Positions 54,101 through 64,000 of a stretch of 64,000 nt of DNA are shown in pieces. Position 1 is the first letter of the stretch, and each line of letters begins with the position of its first letter. The translations under genes were made by a program, and so were the position numbers. The notes beneath the pieces are model-generated. The model did no database searches. It was not told where the DNA came from and saw only the letters and a list, made by a program, of their open reading frames with translations. Origin of the DNA: the human T2T-CHM13v2.0 reference genome, Homo sapiens; assembly GCF_009914755.1 (NCBI RefSeq), contig NC_060927.1; one strand, written 5' to 3'.

Positions 54101-57100
54101 GTACATCAAATATATATTTTATTCTGTACATAAAATATCAAAGTACACCAGATATATATTCTATAGTGTACATAAAATAACAAAGTACACAAACTATAAA
54201 ATATGTACTGTACATAAAATATGAAATTACATCAAATATATATTAGGTACATAAAATATGAAAGTACATCAAATATAGATTATATACTGTACATATAATA
54301 TCAATGTACCCGAAATATATATTTTATACTCTACATGAAATATCAAAGTTCACAAACCATATATTGTATACTGCACATAAAATATCAAAATACACAAGGT
54401 ATATATTCTATACTGTACAAAAAATATCAAAGTACCCAAAGCAGGTATTATATACTGTATATAAAATATGAAAGTACATCAAATATATATTTTATTCTGT
54501 ACATAAAATATCAAAGTACACCAGATATATATTCTATAGTGTACATAAAATATCAAGGTACCCAAACTATATATTATATACTGTACATAAAATATGAAAT
54601 TACAGCAAATATATATTATATTAGGTACATAAAATATGAAAGTACATCAAATATAGATTATATACTGTACATTAAATACCAAAGTACCCCAAATATATAT
54701 TTTATACTGTACATGAAATATCAAAGTTCACAAACTATATATTATATACTGTACATAAAATATCAATGTACCCAAGGTATATATTCTATACTGCACAAAA
54801 AATATCAAAGTACCCAAAGCATGTATTATATACTGTATATAAAATATGAAAGTACATCAAATATATATTTTATTCTGTACATAAAATATCAAAGTACACC
54901 AGATATATATTCTATAGTGTACATAAAATATCAAAGTACCCAAACTATACATTATATACTGTACATAAATATGAAATTACATCAAATATATATTATGTTA
55001 GGTACATAAAATATGAAAGTACATGAAGTATAGATTATATACTGTAGATAAAATATCAAAGTACCCCAAATTTATATTATATACTATACATGAAATATCA
55101 AAGTTCACAAACTATATATTATATACTGTACATAAAATATCAAAGTACCCAAGGTATATATTCTATAGTGTACAAAAAATATCAAAGTACCCAAAGCATG
55201 TATTATATACCGTACATAAAATATAAAATTACATCAAATATATATTTTATTCTGTACATAAAATATCAAAGTACACCAGATATATATACTATAGTGTACA
55301 TAAAATACCAAAGTACCCAAACTATACATTATACACTGTACATAAAATATGAAATTACATCAAATATATATTAGGTACATAAAATATGAAAGTACATCAA
55401 ATATAGATTATATACTGTAAATATAATATCAATGTACCCCAAATATATATTTTATACTCTACATGAAATATCAAAGTTCACAAACCATATATTATATACT
55501 GTACATAAAATATCAAAGTACCCAAGGTATATATTCTATACTGAACAAAAAATATCAAAGTACCCAAAGCATGTATTATATACTGTACATAAAATATGAA
55601 AGTACATCAAATATATATTTTATTCTGTACATAAAATATCAAAGTACACCAGATATATATTCTATAGTGTACATAAAATATCAAAGTACCCAAACTATAC
55701 ATTATATACTGTACATAAAATATGAAATTACATCAAATATATATTAGGTACATAAAATATGAAAGAACATCAAACATAGATTATATACTGTACAAAAAAT
55801 ATCAAAGTACCCCAAATATATATTATATACTCTACATGAAATATCAAATTTCACAAACTATATATTATATACTGTACATAAAATATCAAAGTACCCAAGG
55901 TATATATTCTATACTGTACAAAAAATATCAAAGTACCCAAAGCATGTATTATATACTGTATATAAAATATGAAAGTACATCAAATATATATTTTATTCTG
56001 TACATAAAATATCAAAGTACACCAGATATATATTCTATAGTGTACATAAAATAACAAAGTACACAAACTATAAATTATATACTGTACATAAAATATGAAA
56101 TTACATCAAATATATATTAGGTACATAAAATATGAAAGTACATCAAATATAGATTATATACTGTACATATAATATCAATGTACCCGAAATATATATTTTA
56201 TACTCTACATGAAATATCAAAGTTCACAAACCATATATTATATACTGTGCATAAAATATCAAAGTACCCAAGGTATATATTCTATACTGTACAAAAAATA
56301 TCAAAGTACCCAAAGCATGTATTATATACTGTACATAAAATATGAAATTACATCAAATATATATTTTATTCTGTACATAAAATATCAAAGTACACCAGAT
56401 ATATATTCTATAGTGTACATAAAATATCAAAGTACCCAAACTATACATTATATACTGTACATAAAATGTGAAATTACATCAAATATATATTATATTAGGT
56501 ACATAAAATATGAAAGTACATCAAATATAGATTATATACTGTACATTAAATACCAATATACCCCAAATATATATTTTATACTGTACATGAAATATCAAAG
56601 TTCACACACTATATATTATATACTGTACATAAAATATCAAAGTACCCAAGGTATATATTCTATACTGTACAAAAAACATCAAAGTACCCAAAGCATGTAT
56701 TATATACTGTACATAAAATATGAAAGTACATCAAATATATATTTTATTCTGTACATAAAATATCAAAGTACACCAGATATATATTCTATAGTGTACATAA
56801 AATATCAAAGTACCCAAACTATACATTATATACTGTACATAAAATATGAAATTACATCAAATATATATTATATTAGGTACATAAAATAAGAAAGTACATC
56901 AAATATAGATTATATACTGTACATAAAATATCAAAGTACCCCAAATATATATTATATACTCTACATGAAATATCAAAGTTCACAAACTATATATTATATA
57001 CTGTATATAAAATATCAAAGTACCCAAGGTATATATTCTATACTGTACAAAAAATATCAAAGTATCCAAAGCATGTTTTATATACTGTATATAAAATATG

Positions 57101-60100
57101 AAAGTACATTAAAGATATATTTTATTCTGTACATAAAATATCAAAATACACCAGACATATATTCTATAGTGTACATAAAATAACAAAGTACACAAATTAT
57201 AAATTATATACTGTACATAAAATATGAAATTACATCAAATATATATTAGGTACATAAAATATGAAAGTACATCAAATATAGATTATATACTGTACATATA
57301 ATATCAATGTACCCCAAATATATATTTTATACTCTACATGAAATATCAAACTTCACAAACCATACATTATATACTGTACATAAAATATCAAAGTACCCAA
57401 GTTATATATTCTATACTGTACAAAAGATATCAAAGTACCCAAAGCATGTATTATATACTGTATATAAAATATGAAAGTACATCAAATATATATTATATAC
57501 TGTACATAAAATATCAAAGTACACCAGATATATATTTTATAGTGTACATAAAATATCAAAGTACCCAAACTATACATTATATACTGTACATAAAATATGA
57601 GATTACATCAAATATATATTATATTAGGTACATAAAATATGAAAGTACATCAGATATAGATTATATACTGTACATAAAATATCAAAGTACCCCAAATATA
57701 TATTATATACTCTACATGAAATATCAAAGTTCACAAACTATATATTATATACTGTACATAAAATATCAAAGTACCCAAGGTATATATTCTATACTGTACA
57801 AAAAATATCAAAATACCCAAAGCATGTATTATATACTGTATATAAAATATGAAAATACATTAAATATATATTTTATTCTGTACATAAAATATCAAAGTAC
57901 ACCAGATATATATTCTATAGTGTACATAAAATAACAAAGTACACAAACTATAAATTATATACTGTACGTAAAATATGAAATTACATCAAATATATATTAG
58001 GTACATAAAATATGAAAGTACATCAAATATAGATTATATACTGTACATATAATATCAATGTACCCCAAATATATATTTTATACTCTACATGAAATATCAA
58101 AGTTCACAAACCATACATTATATACTTTCCATAAAATATCAAAGTACCCATGGCATATATTCTATACTGTACAAAAGATATCAAAGTACCCAAAGCATGT
58201 ATTATATACTGTACATAAAATATGAAAGTACATCAAATATATATTTTATTCTGTACATAAAATATCAAAGTACACCAGATATATATTCTATAGTGTACAT
58301 AAAATATCAAAGTACCCAAACTATATATTATATACTGTACATAAAATATGAAATTACATCAAATATGTAGTATATTAGGTACATAAAATATGAAAGTACA
58401 TCAAATATAGATTATATACCATACATAAAATATCAAAGTACCCCAAATATATATTATATACTATACATGAAATATCAAATATCACAAACTATATATTATA
58501 TACTGTACATAAAATATCAAAGTACCCAATGTATATATTCTATAGTGTACAAAAAATATCAAAGTACCCAAAGCATGTATTATATACTGTACATAAAATA
58601 TAAAAGTACATCAAATATATATTTTATTCTGTACATAAAATATGAAAGTACACCAGATATATATTCTATAGTGTACATAAAATATCAAAGTACCCAAACT
58701 ATACATTATATACTGTACATAAAATATGAAATTACATCAAATATATATTATATTAGGTACTTAAAATATGAAAGTACATCAAATATAGATTATATACTGT
58801 ACATTAAATACCAATATACCCCAAATATATATTTTATACTGTACATGAAATATCAAAGTTCACACCCTATATATTATATACTGTACATAAAATATCAAAG
58901 TACCCAAGGTATATATTCTATACTGTACAAAAAACATCAAAGTACCCAAAGCATGTATTATATACTGTACATAAAATATGAAAGTACATCAAATATATAT
59001 TTTATTCTGTACATAAAATATCAAAGTACACCAGATATATATTCTATAGTGTACATAAAATATCAAAGTACCCAAACTATACATTATATACTGTACATAA
59101 AATATGAAATTACATCAAATATATATTATATTAGGTACATAAAATAAGAAAGTACATCAAATATAGATTATATACTGTACATAAAATATCAAAGTACCCC
59201 AAATATATATTATATACTCTACATGAAATATCAAAGTTCACAAACTATATATTATATACTGTATATAAAATATCAAAGTACCCAAGGTATATATTCTATA
59301 CTGTACAAAAAATATCAAAGTATCCAAAGCATGTTTTATATACTGTATATAAAATATGAAAGTACATTAAAGATATATTTTATTCTGTACATAAAATATC
59401 AAAATACACCAGACATATATTCTATAGTGTACATAAAATAACAAAGTACACAAATTATAAATTATATACTGTACATAAAATATGAAATTACATCAAATAT
59501 ATATTAGGTACATAAAATATGAAAGTACATCAAATATAGATTATATACTGTACATATAATATCAATGTACCCCAAATATATATTTTATACTCTACATGAA
59601 ATATCAAACTTCACAAACCATACATTATATACTGTACATAAAATATCAAAGTACCCAAGTTATATATTCTATACTGTACAAAAGATATCAAAGTACCCAA
59701 AGCATGTATTATATACTGTATATAAAATATGAAAGTACATCAAATATATATTATATACTGTACATAAAATATCAAAGTACACCAGATATATATTTTATAG
59801 TGTACATAAAATATCAAAGTACCCAAACTATACATTATATACTGTACATAAAATATGAGATTACATCAAATATATATTATATTAGGTACATAAAATATGA
59901 AAGTACATCAGATATAGATTATATACTGTACATAAAATATCAAAGTACCCCAAATATATATTATATACTCTACATGAAATATCAAAGTTCACAAACTATA
60001 TATTATATACTGTACATAAAATATCAAAGTACCCAAGGTATATATTCTATACTGTACAAAAAATATCAAAATACCCAAAGCATGTATTATATACTGTATA

Positions 60101-63100
60101 TAAAATATGAAAATACATTAAATATATATTTTATTCTGTACATAAAATATCAAAGTACACCAGATATATATTCTATAGTGTACATAAAATAACAAAGTAC
60201 ACAAACTATAAATTATATACTGTACGTAAAATATGAAATTACATCAAATATATATTAGGTACATAAAATATGAAAGTACATCAAATATAGATTATATACT
60301 GTACATATAATATCAATGTACCCCAAATATATATTTTATACTCTACATGAAATATCAAAGTTCACAAACCATACATTATATACTTTCCATAAAATATCAA
60401 AGTACCCATGGCATATATTCTATACTGTACAAAAGATATCAAAGTACCCAAAGCATGTATTATATACTGTACATAAAATATGAAAGTACATCAAATATAT
60501 ATTTTATTCTGTACATAAAATATCAAAGTACACCAGATATATATTCTATAGTGTACATAAAATATCAAAGTACCCAAACTATATATTATATACTGTACAT
60601 AAAATATGAAATTACATCAAATATGTAGTATATTAGGTACATAAAATACGAAAGTACATCAAATATAGATTATATACTGTACATAAAATATCAAAGTACC
60701 CCAATATATATTATATACTGTACATGAAATATCAAAGTTCACAAACTATATATTATGTACTGTACATAAAATATCAAAGTACCCAAGGTATATATTCTAT
60801 ACTGTACAAAAAATATCAAAGTACCCAAAGCATGTATTATATACTGTACATAAAATATAAAAGTACATCAAATATATATTTTATTCTGTACATAAAATAT
60901 GAAAGTACACCAGATATATATTCTATAGTGTACATAAAATATCAAAGTACCCAAACTATACATTATATACTGTACATAAAATATGAAATTACATCAAATA
61001 TATATTATATTAGGTACTTAAAATATGAAAGTACATCAAATATAGATTATATACTGTACATAAAATATCAAAGTACCCCAAATATATATTATATACTCTA
61101 CATGAAATATCAAAGTTCACAAACTATATATTATATACTGTACATAAAATATCAAAGTACCCAAGGTATATATTCTATACTGTACAAAAAATATCAAAGT
61201 ATCCAAAGCATGTTTTATATACTGTATATAAAATATGAAAGTACATTAAAGATATATTTTATTCTGTACATAAAATATCAAAATACACCAGATATATATT
61301 CTATAGTGTACATAAAATAACAAAGTACAGAAACTATAAATTATATACTGTACATAAAATATGAAATTACATCAAATATATATTAGGTACATAAAATATG
61401 AAAGTACATCAAATATAGATTATATACTGTACATATAATATCAATGTACCCCAAATATATATTTTATACTCTACATGAAATATCAAAGTTCACAAACCAT
61501 ACATTATATACTGTACATAAAATATCAAAGTACCCAAGTTATATATTCTATACTGTACAAAAGATATCAAAGTACCCAAAGCATGTATTATATACTGTAT
61601 ATAAAATATGAAAGTACATCAAATATATATTATATACTGTACATATAATATCAAAGTACACCAGATATATATTTTATAGTGTACATAAAATATCAAAGTA
61701 CCCAAACTATACATTATATACTGTACATAAAATATGAGATTACATCAAATATATATTATATTAGGTACATAAAATATGAAAGTACATCAGATATAGATTA
61801 TATACTGTACATAAAATATCAAAGTACCCCAAATATATATTATATACTCTACATGAAATATCAAAGTTCACAAACTATATATTATATACTGTACATAAAA
61901 TATCAAAGTACCCAAGGTATATATTCTATACTGTACAAAAAATATCAAAATACCCAAAGCATGTATTATATACTGTATATAAAATATGAAAGTACATCAA
62001 ATATATATTTTATTCTGTACATAAAATATCAAAGTACACCAGATATATATTCTATAGTGTACATAAAATATCAAAGTACCCAAACTATACATTATATACT
62101 GTACATAAAATATGAAATTACAGCAAATATATATTATATTAGGTACATAAAATATGAAAGTACATCAAATATAGATTATATACTGTACATTAAATACCAA
62201 AGTACCCCAAATATATATTTTATACTGTACATGAAATATCAAAGTTCACAAACTATATATTATATACTGTACATAAAATATCAATGTACCCAAGGTATAT
62301 ATTCTATACTGCACAAAAAATATCAAAGTACCCAAAGCATGTATTATATACTGTATATAAAATATGAAAGTACATCAAATATATATTTTATTCTGTACAT
62401 AAAATATCAAAGTACACCAGATATATATTCTATAGTGTACATAAAATATCAAAGTACCCAAACTATACATTATATACTGTACATAAAATATGAAATTACA
62501 TCAAATATATATTATATTAGGTACATAAAATACGAAAGTACATCAAATATAGATTATATACTGTACATAAAATATCAAAGTACCCCAATATATATTATAT
62601 ACTGTACATGAAATATCAAAGTTCACAAACTATATATTATGTACTGTACATAAAATATCAAAGTACCCAAGGTATATATTCTATACTGTACAAAAAATAT
62701 CAAAGTACCCAAAGCATGTATTATATAATGTACGTAAAATATGAAAGTACATCAAATATATATTTTATTCTGTACATAAAATATCAAAGAACACCAGATA
62801 TATATTCTATAGTGTACATAAAATATCAAAGTACCCAAACTATACATTATATACTATACATAAAATATGAAATTACATCATATATATATTAGGTACATAA
62901 AATATGAAAGTACATCAAATATATATTTTATTCTGTACATAAAATATCAAAGTACACCAGATATATATTCTATAGTGTACATAAAATAACAAAGTACACA
63001 AACTATAAATTATATACTGTACATAAAATATGAAATTACATCAAATATATATTAGGTACATAAAATATGAAAGTACATCAAATATAGATTATATACTGTA

Positions 63101-64000
63101 CATATAATATCAATGTACCCGAAATATATATTTTATACTCTACATGAAATATCAAAGTTCACAAACCATATATTGTATACTGCACATAAAATATCAAAAT
63201 ACCCAAGGTATATATTCTATACTGTACAAAAAATATCAAAGTACCCAAAGCATGTATTATATACTGTACATAAAATATGAAAGTACATCAAATATATATT
63301 TTATTCTGTACATAAAATATCAAAGTACACCACATATATATTCTGTAGTGTACATAAAATATCAAAGTACCCAAACTATATATTACATACAGTACATAAA
63401 ATATGAAATTACATCAAATATGTATTATATTAGGTACATAAAATATGAAAGTACATCAAATATAGATTATATACCATACATAAAATATCAAAGTACCCCA
63501 AATATATATTATATACTATACATGAAATATCAAATATCACAAACTATATATTATATACTGTACATAAAATATCAAAGTACCCAATGTATATATTCTATAG
63601 TGTACAAAAAATATCAAAGTACCCAAAGCATGTATTATATACTGTACATAAAATATAAAAGTACATCAAATATATATTTTATTCTGTACATAAAATATGA
63701 AAGTACACCAGATATATATTCTATAGTGTACATAAAATATCAAAGTACCCAAACTATACATTATATACTGTACATAAAATATGAAATTACATCAAATATA
63801 TATTATATTAGGTACTTAAAATATGAAAGTACATCAAATATAGATTATATACTGTACATAAAATATCAAAGTACCACAAATATATATTATATACTGTACA
63901 TGAAATATCAAAGTTCACAACTATATATTATATACTGTACATAAAATATCAAAGTCCCCAAGGTATATATTCTATACTGTACAAAAAATATCAAAGTACA
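27101..64000 (+). repeat. Human satellite 1A (HSat1A / SAR / classical satellite I): 42-bp monomers in a 378-bp 9-mer, A-rich strand on +, open at the window end
   Basis: Monomer e.g. tacataaaatatcaaagtacccaaggtatatattctatactg (42 bp). Two GTAC (RsaI) sites give alternating 17-bp (acataaaatatcaaagt) and 25-bp pieces, as known for satellite I. The marker atgaaatatcaaagttcac recurs at 378/377/373-bp spacing (e.g. 29175 to 29553, 52288 to 52666). Very AT-rich with few CpGs. Confidence 0.96.

Noticed and set aside
27506-63944. Long Tyr/Ile/Lys-rich ORFs up to 310 aa with a 14-aa periodicity
   Set aside because: 42 bp is divisible by 3 and one frame of the monomer lacks stops, so ORFs arise automatically. 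They end at the 1-bp and 5-bp indels, which shows no frame conservation.
27105-64000. CRISPR-like look of a constant part (tacataaaatatcaaagtac) alternating with a variable part
   Set aside because: The variable parts are homologous to each other and cycle with period nine rather than being unique spacers. There are no cas genes and the context is eukaryotic satellite.
27105-64000. Many TATA-like motifs and short palindromes (TGTACA, ATATAT)
   Set aside because: Expected from the AT-rich monomer; nothing supports promoter or terminator function, and I saw no strand inversion in either array.

Overview
This window is entirely primate (most likely human) centromeric satellite DNA, and I find no credible genes. 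Bases 1-27104 are a very homogeneous alpha-satellite higher-order repeat (HOR) array: 17 monomers of ~171 bp, period 2890-2892 bp, 9 full copies plus a 1084-bp partial copy, with CENP-B boxes reading on the minus strand. Size and organisation fit D3Z1, the chromosome 3 centromeric HOR. At 27101-27104 the array switches abruptly, through a 4-bp CAAA overlap, to AT-rich human satellite 1A (HSat1A / classical satellite I: 42-bp monomer, 378-bp 9-mer), which runs to the end. HSat1A blocks interrupting D3Z1 are known from the T2T-CHM13 assembly, so the juxtaposition itself is probably not new. All listed ORFs look like repeat artefacts, and I see no evidence of a new protein- or RNA-based system. 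The items worth a second look are structural: the base-level junction, a 2-HOR duplication and mosaic HOR haplotypes, recurrent HSat1A monomer-skipping variants explained by inter-monomer homology, and nested multi-kb duplications in HSat1A. Variant calls were made by eye and from ORF-track offsets, not by alignment.
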